DNA from: Eledone cirrhosa
Lineage: Eukaryota
Direction of reading: 5' to 3'
Assembly (NCBI GenBank): GCA_964016885.1
Contig: OZ024740.1
Location: 6,386,001-6,450,000 of the forward strand
DNA: 64,000 bases
Part shown: positions 26,077-37,109 of the stretch, piece by piece
Layout: each line of letters begins with the position of its first letter
How positions within the stretch are numbered: position 1 is the first letter of the stretch
Made by a program: the position numbers and the translations under genes
Notes under the pieces: generated by a model
The model's input: only the letters and a program-made list of their open reading frames with translations
Databases searched by the model: none
Told to the model about the DNA's origin: nothing

Positions 26077-29000
26077 TAGCCATGTCTCTAGGGGAGAACG
26101 ACCCCTCTAGTCTTGGTTGACACTCGTTCTAGAAGTGGTAACACGAAATGATTACCCCTTGGCGGATAAGGATAAAACGCGACAAAATAAAGTAAATGTC
26201 TAATGATAAAATCTCATACCGGATCGGCCGTCACCCGGGTAAAAAAGGGCCGCGTCCCTCAGAGAGGAACCAGACTGGGGTCGAAAAATCAGCTAATGGT
26301 TCAAACCTTCCCATCACTTCGGAGCTGGAGACCTCCCATAACCGGAATACTCCTACTGTTGGCCCTCCATGCTCACCACCAAGAAATCCAAAGAAAAAGA
26401 GAGAAAAATGGTCAAGGGAAGATAATAAAGAAGTCCTTGAGGCTTTCTACACTGCCATGTACTACCCATCAAATACATCGAATACAGAACAGACATATAT
26501 CAACTGGAAAAAGAAACATCCTGAAAACAGAGGCTATATTGACAGTAACAAACTAGCCAATATACGAAGAAATATTGTAAGAAAAAAGTTACTAACTGAT
26601 ATAGAAATTGATCAGATCAAGCTAGTAGCACAAAGTCAGCGAAGGGAAAATGAAGCATGTGTCAGTGAAAACGAGGTAAACTGTAACACTTCGAATCCCA
26701 GGGTTGGGGCGGAATCACTGGCAACAGAACAAATTAAAGAAAGGAGCGAAAAAGTGGCGGGAGTGCATGCTCAGGATGAAACTCCAAATGAAAATAATGA
26801 GATCGTAAATGATAAAGAAATGAATGAGAATGAACTTGCCAACTTGAAGGATGAAATTATGATCGAATGGATGAAAATGAAAGAATCTGACATGGGGCAA
26901 CGAGACACCCTCCCTAAGATCCAGAACTCCAAACAGAACCAAAAGATAATACACAAGACTAACATAATTCTCAAAAACATTATCATCACAAACAAACTAA
27001 ACATTACTGACTTAAATCATCTCTATTATGCATCGGCTAAAGTCACCACTCACTTATGTGGAGTGAAGATGAAAAAACAAAGGAATTCCCACAAGAAATC
27101 TACTTGGCAAGATAACATCAATCGCCAAATAAACCTTCTCCGATCTGACATAGAAATTTTAACAAACTATAAAGTAGGTGAACATGTTAAACAAACTAAA
27201 CTTAGAAAATTGAAAAAAAAGTACAGTATAAGATCAACATGTGACATAGACATGCTGATAGAAATAATCAAGCAAAAAGTGTCGGCCAAAGCTGCTCGTA
27301 TAAGGCGCTTTGAAAAACGATCTAGATTCTATAAGGACAATAATATGTTCAAAAACAACCAAAGAAACTTCTACAAAAAAATTGGTAAGTCAACAATAAC
27401 TGCTAAATCAATACCACCCAAGGAGGAAGTGCAAGAATTCTGGGAAAAGATCTGGGCCGAAGAAAAAGTTCATAACATACATGCCCCATGGATAGACAGA
27501 CAAATGAAAGAAACAGCTCACCTTGAAGAACAAACATGGGAAAATATAACAGTTGAACAGTTGCGCTTGGCTCTAAGAAAAACCAGCAAATGGAAATCCC
27601 CAGGAAAAGACAAAATACAAAACTTTTGGATAAATGCCTTCACAGAGTCTCATGAGCTGTTAGCCCAACTTTACAATGAAATAGTTAAGGAGCCAGAAAA
27701 GATACCATCATGGCTAGTTAACGGCATTACATTCCTGCTACCGAAGAATGATGAGACAAACAATCCCAAAAATTACAGACCGATAACCTGCTTGACCACA
27801 ATGTATAAAATTTTAACATCAGTCCTAACTGAATACACATATGACCACCTGATAACAAATGACCTATTTCCCATTGAGCAGAAAGGGTGTAAACGAGGCT
27901 CATATGGCTGTAAGGATCAGCTTCTGGTTAACAAAATGATACTGGAAGATTGTCATAATAGACACAAAAATCTATCGATTGCTTGGATAGATTATAAAAA
28001 AGCATTCGATAGTTTGCCACACAGTTGGATTGAAAAATGTTTAGAGATTTTCAAAATATCCCCCGTTGTCAGGAGGTTTTTGTCATTCAGTATGAAGACA
28101 TGGAGAACGACACTCCTTTTGAATAGTGAAACAAAATCACTGGAAGCTGGAGAAGTTAATATTAATTGTGGAATTTTTCAGGGTGACTCTTTATCACCGC
28201 TTTTATTCTGCATCGCGCTTATACCATTAAGTAAAAGGCTCAATGAAACAAAACATGGATATAGAGTCTATGACAAAACCATTAATCACCTGTTCTACAT
28301 GGATGACCTGAAACTATTTGCAAAAAATGATGAACAATTGCAAGGGCTATTATCCACTGTGAAGCAGTTCAGTGATGACATTAAAATGGAGTTTGGACTG
28401 GATAAATGCGCCAAAGCAACGTTCACCAGAGGAAAGCTGCTGAAGAGTTCAGACATTAATCTTGATCGGGGGAACGTGATAAGAGAGCTTGATCAAGAAA
28501 AAACTTACAAATATCTAGGTGTTTGTGAAGGAGACGGAATCAAGCACTCGACAATGAGGGAAAGGATAAGGAAGGAATGTTACCGCAGAGTCAGAGCAAT
28601 CTTAAGAACGGAATTGAATGCAAGGAATAGGATCGATGCCATAAACACGCTTGCCATACCAGTAGTAACCTACAGTTACAATGTCATCAACTGGTCAAGC
28701 ACAGAGATCCGTAGGCTCGATACAAAAATCCGAAAATTCTTAACCATGCACAGAATGCATCACCCTAAGGCAGACATAGATAGAATATATCTCCCGAGGA
28801 AAGAAGGAGGACGTGGGTTAATCCAGTTAGACATTGCGTTGAAAACTGCAACAATTGGATTATCCACATATCTAAGGGAATCACATGATTGGATGATCAA
28901 ACTCGTTTTGAAACACGAAAGCACCAAAAGATCATATTCCATTACAAAAGATGCACAAAGATACAGTAATGGACTACAAATTTCAGAAGTCCCATTTACT

Positions 29001-29990
29001 GCTGAAATGGAAAACACAGAAAAAGCAAAGCAGGTAAAAGTAACTGCAAAGAAAGAACTGCTACAGAAACTGGCTAAGAAATGGCAAGAAAAGCCTCTGT
29101 ATGGAAAATACCCAGAGCGAGCTAACAATCCTGATGTTGACAAAACTTTAACCCATCAGTGGTTGGCATCCTCTGGACTGAAATCGGAGACTGAAGGACT
29201 GATTATATCGGCACAAGATCAGTGTCTTCCAACAAAAAATTACCAAGCCAACATAATAAAAAATGGGTGCAGCCCATTATGCCGTGTATGCAAAAAACAA
29301 CCAGAGACCATTGACCATATAATTTCAATGTGCAGTCCTATAGCTCCAACCGAATACCTAAACAGGCATGACAGAGCTACACAATACATACATTGGATAA
29401 TGTGTAAGCATTTTGACCTGCCCCATCAAAAGAATTGGTGGGAGCATCAACCACCTCCCATACTTGAAAAAGATCACATCTCAATCTTGTGGAACTTTAG
29501 CATCCAAACAGACCGAAAAATAGATGCAAATAGACCTGATATAATATTGAAGAACTTTCAAAGGAGGGTATGCCTGCTAATTGATATGTATGTTCCAATA
29601 GACAAGAATGTATCTATAAAAACATTTGAAAAATTGAGCAAGTATAAGGACCTGGAGATAGAAATTGGAAAAATGTGGAAATTGAGAACTAAAACAATAC
29701 CAGTGGTTGTAGGCGCTCTGGGAATGACACCTAAGGGGTCTAACGACTACTTATCGCAAATCCCAGGAAACCCGCGTATAGGAGAAATACAAAAGATAGT
29801 ACTAATGGGAACTGCCCATATACTAAGGAAGATCCTGTCAATATAAGTACATCACAAGTCTAAGCACTAAGGATGCATGTGTGAATATGTATGTTCTTTC
29901 TTGAACATGGCGGACCTTGTTGTCTCTTGAGGTCACTGGTTGTGACTTGGTGATAACTCGTATGAACATAAAGCAAGATAAATGCAAATA
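26077..29990 (+). mobile_element. Full-length R4/Dong-like site-specific retrotransposon inserted in (TAA)n
   Basis: Single long ORF with short UTRs and (TAA)n on both flanks, the established Dong target. Confidence 0.92.
26196..29846 (+). CDS. R4/Dong polyprotein, 1216 aa: RT, CCHC finger and restriction-like endonuclease
   Basis: Uninterrupted ORF with NYRPITCL, IDYKKAFDS, GIFQGDSLSP, YMDD, YKYLG, CRVC..ETIDHIISMC and RPDII...ID...KLSKY. Confidence 0.95.
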   Translation: MSNDKISYRIGRHPGKKGPRPSERNQTGVEKSANGSNLPITSELETSHNRNTPTVGPPCSPPRNPKKKREKWSREDNKEVLEAFYTAMYYPSNTSNTEQTYINWKKKHPENRGYIDSNKLANIRRNIVRKKLLTDIEIDQIKLVAQSQRRENEACVSENEVNCNTSNPRVGAESLATEQIKERSEKVAGVHAQDETPNENNEIVNDKEMNENELANLKDEIMIEWMKMKESDMGQRDTLPKIQNSKQNQKIIHKTNIILKNIIITNKLNITDLNHLYYASAKVTTHLCGVKMKKQRNSHKKSTWQDNINRQINLLRSDIEILTNYKVGEHVKQTKLRKLKKKYSIRSTCDIDMLIEIIKQKVSAKAARIRRFEKRSRFYKDNNMFKNNQRNFYKKIGKSTITAKSIPPKEEVQEFWEKIWAEEKVHNIHAPWIDRQMKETAHLEEQTWENITVEQLRLALRKTSKWKSPGKDKIQNFWINAFTESHELLAQLYNEIVKEPEKIPSWLVNGITFLLPKNDETNNPKNYRPITCLTTMYKILTSVLTEYTYDHLITNDLFPIEQKGCKRGSYGCKDQLLVNKMILEDCHNRHKNLSIAWIDYKKAFDSLPHSWIEKCLEIFKISPVVRRFLSFSMKTWRTTLLLNSETKSLEAGEVNINCGIFQGDSLSPLLFCIALIPLSKRLNETKHGYRVYDKTINHLFYMDDLKLFAKNDEQLQGLLSTVKQFSDDIKMEFGLDKCAKATFTRGKLLKSSDINLDRGNVIRELDQEKTYKYLGVCEGDGIKHSTMRERIRKECYRRVRAILRTELNARNRIDAINTLAIPVVTYSYNVINWSSTEIRRLDTKIRKFLTMHRMHHPKADIDRIYLPRKEGGRGLIQLDIALKTATIGLSTYLRESHDWMIKLVLKHESTKRSYSITKDAQRYSNGLQISEVPFTAEMENTEKAKQVKVTAKKELLQKLAKKWQEKPLYGKYPERANNPDVDKTLTHQWLASSGLKSETEGLIISAQDQCLPTKNYQANIIKNGCSPLCRVCKKQPETIDHIISMCSPIAPTEYLNRHDRATQYIHWIMCKHFDLPHQKNWWEHQPPPILEKDHISILWNFSIQTDRKIDANRPDIILKNFQRRVCLLIDMYVPIDKNVSIKTFEKLSKYKDLEIEIGKMWKLRTKTIPVVVGALGMTPKGSNDYLSQIPGNPRIGEIQKIVLMGTAHILRKILSI

Positions 29991-30059
29991 ATAATAATAA
30001 TAATATACATATACATATATATATATACACATACACGCACACACATAAACATTTCTGTA

Positions 30060-33000
30060 CACACACACACACACGATAGCAACTAACAGCGCTGCGATCG
30101 AATGTGACTTTTTAGCCCAGCCAATGATCTTAAATGTCTTGCACAGAGTCGGCACCAAAACATTCACTGGGAATAGTCGGCTGTGGTTAGAGTTCATGTA
30201 CTTTTGCATGTCGCTTGAGCCCTTCTGCTGATTTACATTCTTTACCACATGCTTAGCAAGCATGATGAGTAGTATCTCCAACAGCAGCCTGGTAGTCAAC
30301 CACAGGTCTTACTTTATGACTGCGAAGATGACTTTCGAGTCCAGCTTTGCTTAGGCAGAGTCTCGCACAGACGCTGCATGTCAGCACCATAGGAGGACCC
30401 TCGCCGTCTGGAGGTGCAACAGCAATGTCCTTCCTGACCTCCCGCTTTACTTTCTCGTATGCGATTCTAGATGCCTCAAAGGCAACTTTTCCCTCATATA
30501 CAGTCTTTCTCCATTTATTACGATCAGCAGCAATATTTTCCCATGTATCAGCAGAGATGTTAGCGTCTTTCAAAGAGGCTTTTCAAGGAATCCTTATACC
30601 TCTTTTTTGGTTTATGTGGCGGTCGTTTTCCTTTAACCAACTCTCCATAAAAGAGTTGTTTTTGTATTCTAGAATCCTTCATCCTGGCAAGGTGACCACT
30701 CCAACGGAGTCGTTGCTTAAGCACAAGAGCTTCTATACTGTCACACATAGAGCTTTCCAAAATCTCGACATCACTGATGTGGTCCCTCCAGTGAACGCCG
30801 TGGATCCGTTTCAGACACATCTGATGGAAACGCTTCAATTGCTTAAGGTGGTGTCGATATGTGACCCAGGTCTCGCAGGCATAAAGAAGACAAGAGAGCA
30901 CACATGCCTTGTACACCTTTACCTTTGTCCCCCTGCATATGTCTCGCCGACCCCAGAGTCGCCTTTCTAGCTTTCCGAAAGCATCACTTGCTTTCCTAAT
31001 CCTAAGTGAGATTTCACTGTCAAGGTTGCTGTATCGATTGACAGTGCTTCCCAGGTAGACAAACTGATCAACCACTCCAAGTCGTTTACCATACACATAG
31101 ATATTTGGTTCAGTGTACTGCTTACCAGGGGCAGGTTGGTACATGACGACAGTTTTCTTGAGACTGACAGTCAATCCTAGGGCAGTGCAAGCGTCAGAAA
31201 ATGCATTCAAAATGTGCTGCATATCACTCTCTGTGTGCGCTACAAGATCGCAATCATCTGCATACAAGAGGTCTCTTATGATTGATGTAAATACTTTTGT
31301 CTTTGCAGCAAAGCGCCTGATGTTAAATATGCTGCCTGAGGTTCGATATCGGATGTAAACACCATGCTCGCAATTCCTGAATGCAATACAGAAAACCATT
31401 GCAAAGTATATGGCAAACAGGGTCGGTGCTGGATTATCCCCCTGTTTCACTCCATTTTTTTACTGAGATAGGCTACGACATGTTACCTCCGACATTAACC
31501 CAAGCCTTCATGTCGTCATGGAAAGACCTAACTAAAGCAAGGAACTTATCAGGGCAACCAAGTTTCTGGAGAACCTTCCATAATGCATCACTGTCGAAAG
31601 CTTTGTCAGATCGACAAAAACCTGATTCAGATCCAAGCCTTGTTCCATGCACTTCTCCTGGAGCTGTCTAGCTGAGAAGATCATATCAGTAGTGCCGCGT
31701 CCAGCACGAAAACCAGATTGACTTTCAGGAAGAACACAATCTTGCAATGTGTGTCAGCAGATGGTCCAGAAGCACCCTACATAAAACTTTCCCTACGACA
31801 GAAAGCAATGATATACCTCTGTAGTTCCCACAAACATTCCCGTTACCCTTTCCCTTGTACAAGACCAACATTACTGCATCTCTCCAGTCCTCAGGTACGG
31901 ATTCATTAGCCCATATCCTGCCAAACAAAGAGTGAAGATGTTGCAGGAGTCTCTCACCACCATATTGTAGGAGCTCAGCATGTATGCCATCCATACCTGG
32001 AGATCTTCCATTGTTCAGCTTCGAAATAGCCACTGCAACCTCCACAAGCATCGGAGGTTCTGGGAGAGCTACTTCCACAGGACTTTCTGGAATGAGATTG
32101 AAGAAATCTTCACTGACGACAGACGGCTGATTCAAAAGATCACCAAAGTGCTCTCGCCACCTTCGTAGAATTCCTTGTGAGTCACGAAGAAGTTGCCATC
32201 CTTGCTGCGAAGCGGTGTCACCAGAGAAGACGGTTCATAAACCTCACGCAAGAGACTGTAGAACAGCTTTGTGTTATTGGAATCTGACGCAGTTTGTATC
32301 TCACCGGCCTTCTCACTCCACCACTGATCCTTCATCTGAGAAAGACTCCGCCTAACACGTGATTTTACATCCATGAGTTCCTCATGCAACGTATTCCTCT
32401 CCTGTGGTTTTGCCGTCAAGTAGCGTGACAGAGCACGCCTCTTATCAGCCAACAAGTCTTCTATATGTACATCATTCTCATTAAACCAGTCCTGATGTTT
32501 TCTCTGCACCAATCCCAGAACACATCATAAACCGACTTTTTAAGGGTCGGCCAATCCTCACCAAGATCTGCAGCCTGCATCTCTTCTTCCAATGTCCTCT
32601 TCACATTTTTATCCTTAAGACGAGCAGCATTCAATCTTTTGGGCAGGGCAACACCAGGAGCCAGGATTTTACGTTTAGTGATTAGTTTCACTTTTGCGCG
32701 TACCGGGCGGTGGTCCGTCCAGCACTCAGCTCCACGAAGAGCACGAACACACTGCACATCCTGTCTGTCACGCATCCTGACTAGGACGTAGTCCAAAAGA
32801 TGCCATTCCTTAGATGCAGGATGCATCCATGTGGTCTTGAATTTGTTCTTTTGTTGGAACATGGTGTTGGTAACACACAGATCCAACTCCTCACACATCT
32901 GCAGCAGGAGCATACCATTGCTGTTACACTTTCCCACCCCATGCCTTCCGATTACATTCCATGTGTTAAAATCCCTAACAACTCCAGCATTAAAGACACT

Positions 33001-33972
33001 AAGTACGATGACTTTGTCTGCCTGGGGGATATTTCTTAAAACACCTTTCAAGGCATGGTAAAAGGACACTTTTTCTTCATCGACAGAATTCATCGTTGGA
33101 GCATACACACTCACCAGGGTCGCATATCTTCCTTTGTCCAGCGGAATTCTCATTGACATAAGACGCTCACTAATCCCTACTGGGAATTCTTTTAATTTAT
33201 TCACAAGTACAGTCTTAACAGCAAATCCTACCCCAGCCTCTCTTCTGGTTCCTTCATCTCTTCCTTTCCAGAAGAATGTATATTCTCCACAAAATTCTGT
33301 AAGATGACCATCTCCAGCTAACCTCGTCTCAGATAAAGCCACGATGTCAAGATCGTAACGTCGAAGCTCCTTTGCAACAAGAGCGGTCCTTCGTTCAGGA
33401 CGCTCCAAGGAATCCCTATCAAGCAGCGTCCGTACGTTCTAGCAGCCAAGATTAAATGCCTTGTTTGGCTCTATTACAATGGCACGATGACGAGCGGGCC
33501 CAGGCTGTGATAACCTGGGGCCCCTGCCCTTATTGCCAATTATCTTTTTTGTTCCAGAAACTAAATTGCCAATTATCTCTTTGATATTGTTCTCGAACAT
33601 CATTGAATTAAAAAAAAAAAAAAAAAAAAAGTAATAATAATAGTAACAATAATAATAATAATAATAATACACTATTAATAATTATTAATGCACTCGTGCA
33701 ATGCCTGTGCGTGACGAATATTTTTAAAGTGAGGAAAGACTGTGCACTGAGCCAATCCCACTCTCTGAGCGACAGTAGCTATAACCCGAAAAGAAGAAAA
33801 GATCAACATCATCGGTAACTACTGAGCCGCAGGTTTTATATCGGAGTTAACCCAGTTTCCTGAGATGCCTTCTCCTAGAAGAATACCCTGACAAGGGCTA
33901 GGGGTTCTTCACTCCCAGTGGTTTAACTACGCGATCAGGCATCTAGCCCGATTATTTCTATGTCCCCGCGCA
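30060..33972 (-). mobile_element. RTE LINE copy B (APE, RT, three C2H2 fingers), full length but frameshifted
   Basis: Reverse complement of copy A in ORF pieces 33439-33672, 32461-33408, 32132-32512, 31725-32135, 30560-31450 and 30253-30573; CSVCARLCLSKAGLESHLRSH. Confidence 0.93.
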
Positions 33973-34223
33973 AAAAAAAAAAAAACTCACTTATTGACAC
34001 TTATACGTACGACATACACACACGCGCACACACACGCATACATACGCGCGCACACAGCAACACTCATACATACAAACAAACACACACACGCTACTCACTT
34101 ACACACATATATATATATATATATTACCGTCATTACTGATACAAGATTATGTCAACTGTTGACTTTCAAGAGTTTGTATAGTTGAAGCTGTTCGTATTAC
34201 AGTCCAGTATTATTATTAATATA

Positions 34224-34335
34224 ATCCCGCCGAGGTTGACTTTGCCTTTCATCCTTACGGGGTCGATAAAATAAAGTACCAGTAATACACTGGGTAATTG
34301 CTGGCCTTGTGCCTAAAGTAGAAACAATTAGTATT
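34224..34335 (+). mobile_element. 5'-truncated SINE (family 2) with 12-bp target-site duplication
   Basis: tattaatataat on both sides; the SINE is absent from the paralogous segment at ~16235. Confidence 0.8.
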
Positions 34336-35188
34336 AATATAATACAGCATAGAGCTATGGCTCTCCACGCTCTGAGCTTAAATTCCGCCGAGGTCAACCT
34401 TGCCTTTCATCTCCACGGAGTCAACAAAAGAGAGTACCAGTAATGCGCTGGACCAGTCGCTGCATCCGTGCCAAAAGCAGAAAAATTATTATTATTAAAG
34501 TTGTTTTCTTAATGCCCGGTCGCTGGTGATGGTGATGGCGGCGGTGGTGGTGGCAGTTGATGTTGTTGTGTTGTGTGCGTGTGTGTGTGTTTTGTTATTT
34601 TGAGTTTTTTTGTTTGTTTGTGTTTTTTTTTGTTTTTTTTATCGTTTGATGCCGCTGCTGTTGTTGTTGTAAATGTTCATTTCAATTCATTCTGAAGCTG
34701 TTGTTGCTGTAAACATTAGTGCCGGTGTTGTTGTTGTAGATGTTGGGGTTGAAATCTGGTCGTTTGACTGAGTGATATATATACACACATATACATACAT
34801 ATATATATAATTGGAAATCAGTAAAATCGAATCTCTGGCGGTTTGCAAATAAATTCGGCCTACTTATATGAAATGATGAGTTAGCAAAGCACTCGATAAG
34901 ATAGGACCTTAGAGTAATAACATACGTTTAAATAGCTTGACAAATCGAACATTGTGGTAGGCGAAACTAACACACAATACATACCAAAATGTAAAATGTA
35001 AAATATAAATAAGGATTATTCTGGTAAAATATACTAAAATATTTGTGTAACTTCCACAAACTTCTGTCGTGACATTCCCGAGTCCAGTGACCCAAAAAAT
35101 TGTTGTATTGATGTTTCAGAATACAAAAATTAATTAAAAAATTTCCCCACGAAAAGACAGCGTGTGTTGTCCTATCTATAAGCTCCCT

Positions 35189-35222
<34 letters not shown>

Positions 35223-35882
35223 TACATGATGATGGCTGCAACTCGATTTTGAGTAATGTCATCGCATGAGCATCATGGACACGACTGTTAGGTCTATAAC
35301 GGCGGCGAAGATTCGAAACCGAATCTGAGCTTTCCCGCCTCTGGGACTAGCCGTGGTTAGTTGTTTACACCCGGCAGACCAACCCCTTGGGAGACCAAGG
35401 CAGACCAACCACAGGTCAGATGTTGTTTACGCCTGGAAGAAAATAGGTCAGAGGATATATCCATCTTTCTGAGTTGTTTACGCCTGGCAAACCAACCCCT
35501 TGGGAGATACTAACCAAAGGTCAGAGGATATATCAATCCTTCTAACTTCAACCCTTATAAATACAAGTCTTGTTTACGCCCTGGGCAGAAAAAGTGATAT
35601 ACAGACAAGACAGGTCGCATTTACACGCTCTCATCATGAAAAACCAGTCTGCATACTATTTTCTCACACGCCTGACTGAGTGATTACTACTACTGCTAAA
35701 ACAAGAAAGTATACTAATACGCACACACTCACACATAGTAAGTTCACACTACTTGCATTTTTATACGTACCCTTTCTGTCACATTGTATCTTTCAGATAC
35801 AATACAATTATCTTATAATCGTATTTTGTAATACTTGTATTTACGTGGCTCGAAAGCCACCTACATGTACGAATATTTCATG

Positions 35883-36070
35883 TTATAGTGAATTGGCAGT
35901 ATCGGTAGAGGGTTGGATGCCATGCTTTGATGCATAGAGTTACGGCCCTTGCCATTCTGAGTTCAAATCCCGCCGAGGTTAACTTTGCCTTTCATCCTTA
36001 CGGGGTCGATAAAATAAAGTACCAGTAATGCACTGGGTAATTGCTGGCCTTGTGCCAAAAGTAGAAACAG
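35883..36070 (+). mobile_element. SINE family 2, near full length
   Basis: B box gagttcaaatcc followed by gcctttcatccttacggggtcgataaaataaagtaccag and ggccttgtgccaaaagtagaaac. Confidence 0.78.
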
Positions 36071-36289
36071 TTATAGATTTTATCATTCAATGTTCAAATT
36101 GAATATTGTTATAATAAAATAAACATTGTAACAACACAATCCTGGTATTATTCTTTGCATTGAAACCATCATACCAACAATTCCATCTATCCACTTATCG
36201 TTACAACCCAAATATCCGCTACAGGACTATGGCCAGCAATACCATGCATTACAAAAAATGTAACATATCAAGCAATGCCTATGCTTGAA

Positions 36290-36470
36290 GCCTTTTTAAT
36301 TGAAGAAAGGCTTTGCATGGGGCCAATCCCATTCTCTGAACATCGAGTGATTTACCCAAAAAGAAAAACTGGTCTACATCATTAGATGCAAATAAAGTCA
36401 CAGATTCTATATCAGAGTGACCTTCTCCTAGAGAGATGTCTTAGCAAAGACTAGGAGTCTCTCGCTCCAC
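36290..36470 (-). mobile_element. Old fragment of an RTE 5' leader
   Basis: Reverse complement contains ctaggagaagg..ctctgatata, atgatgtagac and agagaatgggattgg, as at 16670-16830 and 20340-20480. Confidence 0.55.
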
Positions 36471-36567
36471 AAAAACAAAACTTTATTGGATGGCCGTTAA
36501 GTCATACATACAATGTTGTGTTAAGAATGTTTTAATGTTCCTAATGAAGTTTTCTCATTAAATTCAG

Positions 36568-36723
36568 GACTATCTGGAGTTAAAGGTGCAGCATTTCGTG
36601 AAACCTCCAGTATTAATAAGAGTCTCTCTGCTTTAGCTGATGTATTGGGGGCATTAGCAGAACGTAGGACTCATGTACCATATCGTAACAGCAGACTAAC
36701 ACACTTCCTCCAAGATTCTATTG
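36568..36723 (+). CDS. KIF25: Kinesin-14 (KIF25-like) motor-domain internal exon, phase 1-1, 156 bp
   Basis: ttcag|...|gtaagt; translates [53 protein letters not shown] (kinesin INKSL and PYRNSRLT motifs). Confidence 0.9.
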
Positions 36724-37109
36724 GTAAGTCTTACCCATCTTCTTCTTCTTCTTGTGTATGAGACTGTTTTGATTGTTGTGGTGGTGGTAGTGGTGGTAGG
36801 GGTGGTTGTGGTGGTAGGGGTGGTTGTGGTGGTAGTGGTGGTAGTGGTGGTGGTAGTGGTGGTGGTGGTGGTAGTGGTAGTGGTAGTGGTGGTGGTAGTG
36901 GTGGTGGTAGTGGTGGTGTTAGCCATTCCCACCATTGTCATCACCATGACTACTATTGTTTCTAATACCACCAACACCAACTCAACCAATACCACCACCA
37001 CTACCACCAATACCACCACCACTACCACCAATACCACCACTACCACCAATGCCACCATCAGGTACTGGGGTGAGTTTAATCAACATATCTCTCCCTCAAA
37101 TTGATGGCC

